From Eubacteriales bacterium (GTDB taxonomy: Bacteria; Bacillota; Clostridia; Oscillospirales; CAG-272): a DNA stretch of 64,000 bases. Shown piece after piece: positions 7,462-16,721 of this stretch. The position numbers and the translations under genes were made by a program. How positions within the stretch are numbered: the first letter of the stretch is position 1; each line of letters begins with the position of its first letter. A model generated the notes under the pieces. That model saw nothing but the letters and a program-made list of their open reading frames with translations, was not told where the DNA came from and made no database searches. The stretch is from contig JAZMZI010000051.1 of NCBI GenBank assembly GCA_045585895.1, positions 12,696 through 76,695 of the forward strand, read 5' to 3'.

Positions 7462-7581
7462 CTAAATTTCCTCCACGCTATATTAACGAAATTTACTTTC
7501 ATATTTTTAATTTATACCACAAATTTCGTCCTTTTTCAACCGCATTATATGAACACGGCGACGGATTTCTCCGCCGCCCTG

Positions 7582-7718
7582 TTCTTTGTTTATTGCTCCC
7601 AATTATTGGGGAACGGTAAATAAAAAATTAAGCTCCGTGCATCACAATTCGGAATGCACGGAGCTATATTTTTTGACCACTTACAGAGTCCGATCACATG
7701 GAGACGAGGGCGCAGTGC
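7582..7718. repeat. non-coding module copy C (between the GNAT stop and the decayed cassette)
   Basis: TTCTTTGTTTATTGC (7582-7596), palindrome CCCAATTATTGGG (7598-7610), 12-bp hairpin (7631-7642/7654-7665), GACCAC (7675-7680) and a degenerate GAGACGAGGGCGCAGTGC. Confidence 0.8.
7622..7674. terminator. bidirectional intrinsic terminator (serves the GNAT gene on the minus strand)
   Basis: AAAAAA, then AGCTCCGTGCAT...ATGCACGGAGCT, then TTTTTT. Confidence 0.75.
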
Positions 7719-7724
7719 TTAAAT

Positions 7725-8264
7725 TTACACGTTAAGTTTCTTATTCCAAGACTCTCTCGTCATAAGAAGCGCGTGACCCGTGCGGGTCTCTCCGAGGAGG
7801 CGGACTTCAATGCCTTCAGCGGTATGGTGATAGGTAAATCCCAGCTTTTCCATCACACGGCGGCTCTTGACATTTCCCTCGTAGTGACCGCACCAGATAC
7901 GCGCCATACCGAGGTCTTCAAAGGCATAGCGGAGTATTTCGCGTGCCGCTTCGGGAATAAGACCCTGCCCCCAAAAGGGCTTGCCGATCCAATAGCCGAG
8001 CTCGTATTCATCGTCGTTTTCGGCAAGGTCGTTGCGGTGGAGGCCTATACTGCCGATGGGCTTGCCGTTTTCTTTGAGGCAAACGGCGTAGGTTTCGGGC
8101 GCGGAAAGCACGTTTTTAATTATCTCACGGCTGTTTTCCACGCTCGTGTGGGGTGGAAATCCCGCAGGCAGACCTATATCGGGGTCGCTTGCGTATTTGT
8201 ATAATTCTTCTGCGTCGTCCTCGCGCCAAGGGCGAAGAATGAGACGTTCCGTTTCAAATGTCAT
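7725..8264 (-). CDS. GNAT family N-acetyltransferase (RimJ/RimL-like)
   Basis: [30 protein letters not shown] and [10 protein letters not shown]. Confidence 0.8.
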   Translation of the reverse strand: MTFETERLILRPWREDDAEELYKYASDPDIGLPAGFPPHTSVENSREIIKNVLSAPETYAVCLKENGKPIGSIGLHRNDLAENDDEYELGYWIGKPFWGQGLIPEAAREILRYAFEDLGMARIWCGHYEGNVKSRRVMEKLGFTYHHTAEGIEVRLLGETRTGHALLMTRESWNKKLNV

Positions 8265-8279
8265 ATTTTTCTCCTTTTT

Positions 8280-8765
8280 TCAAAAACGATATAAATACTC
8301 GTCTGCCTCTTCTCTGCTCTTGAAAATTATTATGTTTTTATCACTGTATTTTTCAAGCAGATCAAGCACTTTGGGGCGTTCTTTTTCGTTATATTTCTTT
8401 ATAAAATCCAAAAATTCGGTATCCGTTTCGGTCTCGACCCACGGCATATCGCTTCGGGGCTTTCCACGTCTTTCTTTGATACCGTCAAGGCAAATTTCAA
8501 GCGGGAAATCGAGAAAAAAGCAAGTGTCGCAAGCCGCAAGCCGCAGCTCCATCGTTGAGCCGTAATTACCGTCAATTATCCATTCGTCAGCATCAAGAAC
8601 GGCAGAAAGCCTTTCGCGAAAAAGGCTCTTATCAACCGTGGTTTTATCGGAGTTCCAATACATCATATCGAGATGATAAAGCGGAAGCCTCGTCTTTTTA
8701 TGCAATGACCGTGAAAAGGTGCTTTTGCCGCTTCCCGGACAGCCGATCACTATTATTTTTTTCAT
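8280..8765 (-). CDS. P-loop NTPase / nucleotide-kinase-like protein (topology-modulation/adenylate-kinase-like)
   Basis: Walker A GCPGSGKST directly after MKKIIVIG. I use the internal Met (8765) rather than the ORF-track start (8786), which would overlap the radical SAM gene. Confidence 0.6.
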   Translation of the reverse strand: MKKIIVIGCPGSGKSTFSRSLHKKTRLPLYHLDMMYWNSDKTTVDKSLFRERLSAVLDADEWIIDGNYGSTMELRLAACDTCFFLDFPLEICLDGIKERRGKPRSDMPWVETETDTEFLDFIKKYNEKERPKVLDLLEKYSDKNIIIFKSREEADEYLYRF

Positions 8766-8775
8766 ATTTTTACCT

Positions 8776-9525
8776 TTAAGGGGCATAACCCTTTATAATT
8801 TCCATAATGTCTTTTTCACAAACGTTTCCGTCGAGGACGTCACTGTTTGCCGAGAATGAGATACAACGCAGGTCGCGCGGGTCCTCTACGTATGGATTTT
8901 CGGGCTTGGAATTCTTAAAATAATCCGAAAGATACTTAAGCGCGTTGCCCTCTGGGAAAACGATATTTCCCTCTCCCTCGGGGATATTCATATCGTCAAA
9001 GCTATTGAGAAGCTCTTTTGTTTTGCTGTTATAGGGATTTTCATCATCACGGCTTACAAGCCACGCGGGAGAAAGCTTCACGGGGATACCCATTGTTTTC
9101 GCTTCTGCGGCAAAGGTTTTTACCGTGTCAAGCGGAATAGTTTCCTGATGAAAGGCGTCCACCGATAATAACAGGTCGTTTACGCCGCACTCGGCAAGCT
9201 TTTTCGCAACGGAGCGGATTTGCTCAATATTCTTTGAAAAATATCCGTTGGTGATAACCTGACGGCGAGGAATATTCAACTCCTTTGCGGTACTCATAAC
9301 GGCATACACCGCAGTCGGGTGCAAAAGCGGCTCGCCTCCGAACGTCATTACGGTTTTGATATCGTATTCAGCCGCGATCTTTCGCACTGCATCGGCGGCA
9401 ATCTGCGGGTCGATTCGTTCTCCGCAAGAAATATGATCACCTTCGGAGCAGTGCTTGCACCTTCCCGTACAGGCGTTTGTCACCGCGAATTCAATTTTAT
9501 TTAAATTCTTAAGATATTGATTCAT
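8776..9525 (-). CDS. radical SAM protein (small, no SPASM/C-terminal cluster)
   Basis: CTGRCKHC (CxxxCxxC) at aa 19-26 and the GGEPLL motif. Confidence 0.75.
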   Translation of the reverse strand: MNQYLKNLNKIEFAVTNACTGRCKHCSEGDHISCGERIDPQIAADAVRKIAAEYDIKTVMTFGGEPLLHPTAVYAVMSTAKELNIPRRQVITNGYFSKNIEQIRSVAKKLAECGVNDLLLSVDAFHQETIPLDTVKTFAAEAKTMGIPVKLSPAWLVSRDDENPYNSKTKELLNSFDDMNIPEGEGNIVFPEGNALKYLSDYFKNSKPENPYVEDPRDLRCISFSANSDVLDGNVCEKDIMEIIKGYAP

Positions 9526-9688
9526 ATTTAACTTGATCCTTCACTGTGTTTTCGCAAAAAACGATTGCGATTTAATTATACCACCACTCTTTTGAAATAT
9601 CAAGATATAATCAGTTGATTTTCCCATTCACGCATAAAAAAGCGGAAAGACTGCATATTATCATATAAAAAGATCTAAAGGTGGGCAT

Positions 9689-10213
9689 ATGAAACAAAAG
9701 ATAGGACTTTGGCAGTTGATGGGCTTCGCGGTAACGTCGCTCGGCGGAACTATTTTACACTTTTTATACGATTGGCTTGGGAAAGCCGCGTGGATAGCGC
9801 CCTTTTCGGGAGTGAACGAATCGACTTGGGAGCATATGAAGCTTCTTTTTTGGCCGATGTTTATTTTTGCGCTGGTGCAAAGCTTTTTCTTCCGCGACAG
9901 AAAGGATTTTTGGTGCGTTAAGCTTCGCGGAACGCTTTCGGGGCTTACCCTCATACCCGTTCTTTTCTACACCTACAACGGCGTTATCGGCAGATCCCCC
10001 GACTGGCTTAATATAGCAATTTTCTTTATTTCCGCGGCGATCGCTTATATTTACGAAACGAAGCTCTTTAACGAAAACAAATTGAGCTGCAAAACGCAAA
10101 GACGGGCGTTGGCAGCGCTTATAGTGATAGGAATCCTCTTTATAGTCTTCACGTTCTTCACGCCCGAGCTTGGCATTTTCAGAGACCCCTTGACGGGAAC
10201 CTATGGAATATAA
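9689..10213 (+). CDS. polytopic membrane protein (DUF6512-like by recollection)
   Basis: About 5 hydrophobic helices; AAAGGTGGG RBS. Confidence 0.5.
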   Translation: MKQKIGLWQLMGFAVTSLGGTILHFLYDWLGKAAWIAPFSGVNESTWEHMKLLFWPMFIFALVQSFFFRDRKDFWCVKLRGTLSGLTLIPVLFYTYNGVIGRSPDWLNIAIFFISAAIAYIYETKLFNENKLSCKTQRRALAALIVIGILFIVFTFFTPELGIFRDPLTGTYGI

Positions 10214-10395
10214 TTGCGAAAATACCGCAATTATATTTTCATTTTCATTGGACGCACAAAAATTGACTTGCGACGGTGTCGCAAGTCAATTTTTGTGTTA
10301 AGTTATAAATTCAATCGGATTTTTACCAAAGAAATACGTTATAGACACCGACGGCTATCGCCAAAGTGCAAAGGATACGCGCCAAGACGAACATT

Positions 10396-10650
10396 TTACG
10401 GCTTTTTCTGAACACAACGGATATCACCAACGCACCGATCACGGCGAGAACGCTTACGATACCGATCAGAATATCGAAAGGTATCATCCAGAATATACAG
10501 GTCTACGTCAGAGCTTGCCGTGTCCACCGCCGCCTGTCCGTCCTCGGCGCACACCACTGTATAGCCTTCGCCCGAGAGCAAAAGCGTCAGCACGTCGCGT
10601 ATTTCCTTTTAGTCGTCTGCAACAAGAATATATTTTTTCCCGTCTTTCAT
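10396..10650 (-). pseudogene. response-regulator receiver domain remnant
   Basis: MKDGKKYILVADD, then TAA (10611-10609, where GAA would be expected), then KEIRDVLTLLLSGEGYTVVCAEDGQAAVD...DLYILDD. The sequence then loses similarity. No output domain or kinase is nearby. Confidence 0.7.
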
Positions 10651-10772
10651 ACGTTTACCTCGAAATTTATCCGTTTATCGTTTTTCAACTTGATTGTATC
10701 ACAAAACCGTCATTTTGGCAACCGATTTTTCAAATATCACCTATCCGATTTACAAGTTATGAGGATAGTAGG

Positions 10773-11408
10773 TCACGCTTCTTCTCCACCGCGGAGCTTG
10801 AGATCGGCAAGACCGCTCTTATGAAGCAATACCGTACCCAAAAGAAGCGTACCCTGTCCGACTACGTTAACGCCCTCGGCTATCCAGTTCATAACCGCTT
10901 CGGCAAAATCCTGACTCGAAAGATATCCCATACCGAGCGAGCAGATAAAGGATATTGCAAAAATCGCTATAAGCCAAGGCTTTTTAAGCTTTACTGACAA
11001 AATACAGAGCACTACGTCCATGATTCCAAGCCCCGCCACCATAAGTCCTACGAAAACGAAGGTTCCCGAGAATACGGGAGGAACGGTCGCCATAAGTGCG
11101 TTCCCCGACTGCTTATGTATAAGCATAGCAAGAATTCCTATACCCGCAAGCAGAAAACCGATGGATTGAACAGGAAAGAACATATGGTCAAGTGCTTCAA
11201 AATTGCATACACCCGCCGCGTAAAGCAGTTTCCACGTAGCCTTGAGCGCCCCCGCGACAGCAACGTCGATAACGCCTGCCGAGAAAAGCGCAAACGCGCC
11301 CTTGCTCATTTTGTTGTAAAGATCTCGCAGAAGGATCACGGAGGCAATCGCAAAGCAGACGACGGGAATATAATCTACCAATGCCATAGAAACGGAAAAG
11401 TCATTCAT
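10773..11408 (-). CDS. integral membrane protein, unknown function
   Basis: About 6 hydrophobic segments; no recognisable motif. Confidence 0.5.
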   Translation of the reverse strand: MNDFSVSMALVDYIPVVCFAIASVILLRDLYNKMSKGAFALFSAGVIDVAVAGALKATWKLLYAAGVCNFEALDHMFFPVQSIGFLLAGIGILAMLIHKQSGNALMATVPPVFSGTFVFVGLMVAGLGIMDVVLCILSVKLKKPWLIAIFAISFICSLGMGYLSSQDFAEAVMNWIAEGVNVVGQGTLLLGTVLLHKSGLADLKLRGGEEA

Positions 11409-11429
11409 ATGCGTTCTCCTAAAGCTTTT

Positions 11430-12242
11430 TTATTTTTTCTTGTTAAGGTGATAGATGGGAAGCAAAGGAATAATTATAGGGGTCTTATCGGCGTAAGTAT
11501 TGTACTCCTCGTTTTCGCCGTAACGAGCCATCTGACGCTTTTCAAGTCTCTGAGCGCCGTTGAACATAATGTAAACGATGCATATATAAGCGAGAACGGC
11601 AACGATCCACTGACCAACACCCTGATATGCGGTAACGCCGCTTACGAATACGCCCGTCCAGAAAAGGATCTCACCGAGGTAGTTGGGGCAACGGCAGATT
11701 CTGTAAAGCCCTTTAGTTGCGACCATATCGGGGCGAGCCTTCTTCTGCGCTGACTTCTGCTTGTCTGCAATAGACTCAAGAATAAGTCCGAATACTGAAA
11801 TAACAAATCCGACTGCGGGAACGATAAAATCGGTAGAACCGTTATCATAACGGAAAAGCATGGGGCTGACCTGAGCTACGTAAAGAACCGAAACGCACAC
11901 CCATATAGTTACGAGAACGAATATCGGCATCTTCTTTTCACCGTTCTTTGCAAGGGTGTCCTTTGCAACGTCGGTCTTCTTGAAGGTAACGTTCTTAAGC
12001 TCTCTTACGAGAAGGAAACCCGAAAGGCGCGCGCCGTACGCAATAAAGAGCGCGGTCTGAACGAGAACTATCCAAAGAGGAGTTGACGAGGGATTGATGA
12101 GATACATTACGAGAACGGTAATACCGCCTGCCGCTACCGCAAAGCCGTATCCGATAGAGAGAAAATATACGAACTTATAAAATCCTACGGCACAGGCAAC
12201 GGCACAGACCGCAAGAAGAATTCCTAAAAGTGACCAAGGCAT
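11430..12242 (-). CDS. DUF1295 / steroid-5-alpha-reductase-like membrane protein
   Basis: C-terminal GLYRICRCPNYLGEILFWTG motif typical of this family. Confidence 0.6.
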   Translation of the reverse strand: MPWSLLGILLAVCAVACAVGFYKFVYFLSIGYGFAVAAGGITVLVMYLINPSSTPLWIVLVQTALFIAYGARLSGFLLVRELKNVTFKKTDVAKDTLAKNGEKKMPIFVLVTIWVCVSVLYVAQVSPMLFRYDNGSTDFIVPAVGFVISVFGLILESIADKQKSAQKKARPDMVATKGLYRICRCPNYLGEILFWTGVFVSGVTAYQGVGQWIVAVLAYICIVYIMFNGAQRLEKRQMARYGENEEYNTYADKTPIIIPLLPIYHLNKKK

Positions 12243-12243
12243 A

Positions 12244-13110
12244 TCAGTTGTTCTCCTTTCCGAAGTATGACTTTATGTATTCGCCGAAGCTCTTTTCTCC
12301 GACTATGGTATCGCCCACAAGGTCGTGAGAAAGGGTCCACTTGGAGAACAGAATAATGTCGTGCTTTCCTGCCTTCTTGATCTTGGGAAGGTTGGCAAGA
12401 ACGCCAAAGAGCCACATAGGTGCCCACTTGATCTTAAGGGGCTTCTCTGCCGCGTCGAAGCACATCTTTGCCATTTCCTCGTAGGTGTAGGTCTCCTTAC
12501 CGCCAACGTTATAGGTTGCGTTAGTATCGTTCATATGATCAACTATGAACTGTGCGAAATCGGGACAATCGACCACGTTTGCCTTTACACCGCCAAAGCC
12601 TTTGAGGAGCTGCATCTCACCCTTATCTACGTAGGGCTTGAACACCTTTGCAATATCATAAAAATATCCGGTGGGACGGTAGATTACCCAGTCCATAGCC
12701 TCTTTCTTGATCTCTTCCTCAACAAGATACTTTGCGTGAAGCATGGGAACCTTCTCTGCTCCCTTTTCGTCACAGGAAATAACCGAAATGTAGTTAAATT
12801 TCTTAACTCCTGCCGCCTTTGCCTCGGCATAAAGGTTCATGTTACCCTTATAATCGATATCGTAAGACGTTACCTTGGTGGATGCGCCCGTAAGTCCTAC
12901 GGTAGTGATAACCACGTCAGCACCGTCGCAAAGTCCCTTCATGGTCTCGGGATCGGTAGCGTCGATAGCCTTGAAGGTGTATTTTCCTTCACAACCCTCT
13001 ACCGCCGTCTCACGAAGGTCTGCGGCTATGACCTCGTGGTCAGCCGCGCAAAGACATTTGAGAATTTCTGCGCCAAGATTTCCAAAAGCGCCTGCAAGTA
13101 CAACTTTCAT
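12244..13110 (-). CDS. NAD(P)-binding NmrA/SDR-like oxidoreductase
   Basis: N-terminal Rossmann motif VVLAGAFGNLG. Confidence 0.65.
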   Translation of the reverse strand: MKVVLAGAFGNLGAEILKCLCAADHEVIAADLRETAVEGCEGKYTFKAIDATDPETMKGLCDGADVVITTVGLTGASTKVTSYDIDYKGNMNLYAEAKAAGVKKFNYISVISCDEKGAEKVPMLHAKYLVEEEIKKEAMDWVIYRPTGYFYDIAKVFKPYVDKGEMQLLKGFGGVKANVVDCPDFAQFIVDHMNDTNATYNVGGKETYTYEEMAKMCFDAAEKPLKIKWAPMWLFGVLANLPKIKKAGKHDIILFSKWTLSHDLVGDTIVGEKSFGEYIKSYFGKENN

Positions 13111-13133
13111 TTTGAATCTTCTCCTTTTATGTA

Positions 13134-14060
13134 TTACTTTTTATTCTTTTCTTTGGAACGCTTGTCATTTATGATTGCCATATGCTCTGCGGTGATAAGG
13201 GTAACGCCGTTTTCCTTCGCCCACGAAACGCATCCCTTAAGCACGACCGAGAGGAATACTCTCGGAACTCCGAGGATAGTCATAAGCGCGTCGTCGGTGA
13301 ATTTTACGGTGTCGTCCACGCGGTCTGCGGCGTAGCGAACGGATTCGAGAGACGCCTGACGCATCTGAAGAAGCTCGGCTCTCATTTTCGTCTTTCTGTG
13401 GAACCAGAAATTCTTACTGTCTCTATAACCGTAATCAACGGGAAGCGCGGGAAAATCCTTGGCTCTTACACCGTTGATAATAGCGTCGCTGTACTTCTTC
13501 TTCATAAGGATCTTGTCGATCTTAAGGATAAAGTGCGCGCCGAACTTGCTTGTGATTCCGTTGAAATCGTTGTAGGGCCCCTCGTATCCGTTAAGCTCTC
13601 CCGCCGCGAACTTATCCGCGCCCTCAAGCTCACGAACCCAAGTACACTCAATTGCCTCGATCGCATCGGTCAAAACCATAGGTCTTTTTTCACCCGTTTC
13701 TTCCTCGATCATACTCTTTTCAAGCTTGAAGTTGCACTTGGGCATCTTCTCCTCGGGCTTGTCGCCGGGCCATGAAAGCTTGACCGCTTCCTTGAAGGTG
13801 GCGGGCTTGTCATCGATGAAGTTAAGGGTGCATTTTCCGTTGCGGAGAATGTTCTGGGCGGTATTGGAGGAGTTACGGCAACACAAAAGCATTGCGTAGT
13901 AATCCTTACCCGCTACGTAGTAGGGCTGGACCAGCGAATAGGGTCCGAGGGTGGTCTTTCCATCCTCGCAAAGAGTGGAAATGATGACCGTGGGCATCGG
14001 GAAAAACAGGGACGTCTGATAGAAGTTATCCACGATGCGAAGATTTTCAAAGCTGCTCAT
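13134..14060 (-). CDS. flavin-reductase-like (split-barrel) domain protein
   Basis: FPMPTVIISTL..DG..LGPYS...NT..NI...G.CTLNF pattern; weak recognition. Confidence 0.4.
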   Translation of the reverse strand: MSSFENLRIVDNFYQTSLFFPMPTVIISTLCEDGKTTLGPYSLVQPYYVAGKDYYAMLLCCRNSSNTAQNILRNGKCTLNFIDDKPATFKEAVKLSWPGDKPEEKMPKCNFKLEKSMIEEETGEKRPMVLTDAIEAIECTWVRELEGADKFAAGELNGYEGPYNDFNGITSKFGAHFILKIDKILMKKKYSDAIINGVRAKDFPALPVDYGYRDSKNFWFHRKTKMRAELLQMRQASLESVRYAADRVDDTVKFTDDALMTILGVPRVFLSVVLKGCVSWAKENGVTLITAEHMAIINDKRSKEKNKK

Positions 14061-14082
14061 TTTAAGTCTCCTTTATGTAATA

Positions 14083-14607
14083 TTATTTTTTTAACATCTT
14101 TTCAAACAACGGATAGACCGTTTCAAAATCAGCGCTTTCCATAGACCATGATATAAGCGCCTCGGAAATGAATTCTGCCGTAAATCTCGGTTCTTCTACC
14201 CTTTTCAGCTCGCATAACGGCAGGATAAAATCCGCGATCTGAGCGCGAAGCATTTTATGCCGTGAGGAATAGCCCGTGGGCATAAGCTTTTCCGCATCGG
14301 GGTCGGAAAACAGCTCTTTGTTTTCATCGGCAAAGGCTATAAGCAGATCGTATATTCCTTTTAAGAGAGTTTTGGGTTCGTCGGCGGGAAGGCAAGCCAT
14401 AGCGTTAAGATAGGTCTTCCAATCTTCAAAAACAAAGGTCGCAACCAGCATTTCCTTTGATTCGAAATAATTATATACTGTTCCAACACCCACGCCGCAC
14501 GCGTTTGCGACCGAACGAACGGTGGTTTTTGCATACCCCTGCTCCGCTATCTGCTTTTTCGCCTCGGCAAGGAGCTGCTCTCGCAGATTTTCAATGATCT
14601 TCGGCAT
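14083..14607 (-). CDS. TetR/AcrR family transcriptional regulator
   Basis: TTVRSVANACGVGVGTVYNYFESKE HTH. Confidence 0.85.
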   Translation of the reverse strand: MPKIIENLREQLLAEAKKQIAEQGYAKTTVRSVANACGVGVGTVYNYFESKEMLVATFVFEDWKTYLNAMACLPADEPKTLLKGIYDLLIAFADENKELFSDPDAEKLMPTGYSSRHKMLRAQIADFILPLCELKRVEEPRFTAEFISEALISWSMESADFETVYPLFEKMLKK

Positions 14608-15366
14608 TTAATTATCCTCGTTTAACATAAATTCGCTTATATATTCAGCGGTTTTGCATATCTGTTCTTCAACGCCGATTGCAGGCTCTCCGTCGCCGTC
14701 CTGCTTGCCGTACATTCCGAAATAAGCATGACATCCGCCCTCTATGATGATCTCCGTAAAAGTCTTGGGAAGATTTGATTTGCAATCGTCATACTTTTCG
14801 CGGTTCATTACCCCGTCCTCGCTTCCAAAGACCGAAAGCACGTCAATTTCCGTGTCGGAAAGGTCAGCGGTTGAATAAGAACCAAGCAAAACGAGCCCTT
14901 CAAAATCCTCATTGGTTTTTTGGGCGTAGGACGCCGCCATTGATCCGCCAAGCGAGTGTCCGCCAATATACCAACGCTCAACTTCGGGAAAAAGACCGCA
15001 AACACCGTCTGCCGCGTTCATATCAAGAACCGCAAGATTGAACGGCATTTTTACAAGTACGCAAAGCGCTCCATCTGACGCGATCTGACGCATAAGAGGC
15101 TCGTAAGCAGTATATTCCACTTTACCGCCCGGATAGAAGATAAATCCGACCTCCGAATCGCTATCCCCATATGCTATCATTCCGTCGGATATCACGGTCT
15201 CCGCAACGTCAACGTTCACGGAAAAGGCTTCTATACTCGGGGTATCCGCTCTGTAATAGTCCGAAACGTAGAGCGCGACACCGCCAAAGGTCACGGCAAA
15301 GACCGCAACGACCGAAGCGGCGATAATTATTACTTTTTTATTAAATACTTTTTTCAAACTACTCAA
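14608..15366 (-). CDS. membrane-anchored alpha/beta hydrolase
   Basis: N-terminal TM segment; nucleophile elbow GGHSLGG. Confidence 0.7.
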   Translation of the reverse strand: MSSLKKVFNKKVIIIAASVVAVFAVTFGGVALYVSDYYRADTPSIEAFSVNVDVAETVISDGMIAYGDSDSEVGFIFYPGGKVEYTAYEPLMRQIASDGALCVLVKMPFNLAVLDMNAADGVCGLFPEVERWYIGGHSLGGSMAASYAQKTNEDFEGLVLLGSYSTADLSDTEIDVLSVFGSEDGVMNREKYDDCKSNLPKTFTEIIIEGGCHAYFGMYGKQDGDGEPAIGVEEQICKTAEYISEFMLNEDN

Positions 15367-15532
15367 CTCCGTTTATGAACTCGTTCATTTAATATTATAC
15401 TTATTCTTTTATCCGTTGTCAAGCCAAAAACGACAAATAACGACCGAATTACTTATACCAATTGATTATATTTGCATTATCAATATTGATATAACGAAAA
15501 ACGGCTCCGCTCTAAAGCAAAGCCGTTTTTCA

Positions 15533-16063
15533 TCATTCTATTATACTTACCAATCCGTCAAGCTCCTTACGCTTCTTCGCGCGAAGCTTATCGTCGGCTT
15601 TGGCGTATCCGAGAGCGACGACGAGGCGCACAGTTCCGTCAAGCGAGCATATCTTCCGTATCTCTCCGTCGTCAAACCAGCCGAGGATGCAAGTGCCAAG
15701 CCCCTGAGCAGTCGCCTCGGCGGTGATATACGCGGCAACGATACCGATATCGATGGAACGGTAGTCGTTCTTTTTGACCTTTGCTCCAAGCGCCGCCGAC
15801 GCAACGTAAGGCATTTCGGATATTACCAGCATAACGGGCGCGTCGCTTGCAAATTTATTCATCCCCATTCCCTGCGTAGCCTTTGCCACCTTTTTGGCGG
15901 CTTCTCCCTTACATACCGTTATATGATAAGGCTGACCGTTACAGGCGGAAGGAGAGAGCCTTGCCGACTCCAAAACCGAGTTAAGCTTTTCTTGCTCTAC
16001 CTCTCGCGAGGGGTCGTAGCTGCGGCAGGACTGTCTGTTCTCTGCGATCTCCGTAAAATTCAT
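15533..16063 (-). CDS. nitroreductase family protein
   Basis: MNFTEIAENRQSCRSY...ARLSPSACNGQP. An internal Met is chosen as the start. Confidence 0.75.
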   Translation of the reverse strand: MNFTEIAENRQSCRSYDPSREVEQEKLNSVLESARLSPSACNGQPYHITVCKGEAAKKVAKATQGMGMNKFASDAPVMLVISEMPYVASAALGAKVKKNDYRSIDIGIVAAYITAEATAQGLGTCILGWFDDGEIRKICSLDGTVRLVVALGYAKADDKLRAKKRKELDGLVSIIE

Positions 16064-16256
16064 AATACACCTCAAAAGCTTATTTTTTCTTATTATATCA
16101 CAAAATCGGCGATTTTTCAACGCCGCTTGCGATTTCGGTTAAATTTTTTCGTCAAAACACGGTTTCTTTCGAGAAATTTTTCTAATAATTATTGACTTTA
16201 TTTGCATTTCATGCTATCATATTAATAAAGAATTTTAATCCAAAAGGAGATCTTTT

Positions 16257-16721
16257 ATGGCAAAGAAAAAGCTTTTTGACACCAATCTTTTCTCCGCTAT
16301 CATCTACGTGGCTCTCGGTCTGCTTCTCATCATTTTCCCCGGTGAAGCGCTCAATTGGGCTATGACCCTCGGCGGAATCTTCTTCTTGATCTTCGGTATT
16401 CTCGAGCTTGTCAAGAAGAATTGGTTTGGCGGCGCCGTCAGCATCATCATCGGAATCGTCATTCTCGTTCTCGGCTGGACGCTGGTTTGGCTGGTTCTTC
16501 TGGTTCTCGGAATCCTCGTTGCTATCAAGGGTATTATCGCTCTTATCGACGCGCTTAAGAAGAAAAAGAAGAACACTCTTTCCATCGTTTTTGCCGTCCT
16601 TACCATCGTCGTAGGTATCGTCCTCGCTTTCGGTAACGCTCTTACCATCTTGACCATCATCGCAGGCGTCCTTCTCGTCGTAAACGGAATTCTCGGACTC
16701 CTCTCTGCCTTCAAAAAGTAA
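16257..16721 (+). CDS. small multi-pass membrane protein (DUF308/HdeD-like)
   Basis: Repeated GxxxG-rich helices. It is preceded by TTGACT-17-TATCAT (16192-16220) and AAAGGAGA. Confidence 0.55.
   Translation: MAKKKLFDTNLFSAIIYVALGLLLIIFPGEALNWAMTLGGIFFLIFGILELVKKNWFGGAVSIIIGIVILVLGWTLVWLVLLVLGILVAIKGIIALIDALKKKKKNTLSIVFAVLTIVVGIVLAFGNALTILTIIAGVLLVVNGILGLLSAFKK

Noticed and set aside
8776-9525. Radical SAM protein as a prokaryotic viperin
   Set aside because: It is only 249 aa, has no viperin-like C-terminal extension or motifs that I recognise, and has generic CxxxCxxC/GGEPLL features. It is kept as a low-interest finding rather than a call.
10396-10593. 65-aa ORF as an independent small gene
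   Set aside because: It is the in-frame continuation of a response-regulator receiver interrupted by a TAA at 10611-10609 and truncated after the LDD motif. It is annotated as a pseudogene instead.
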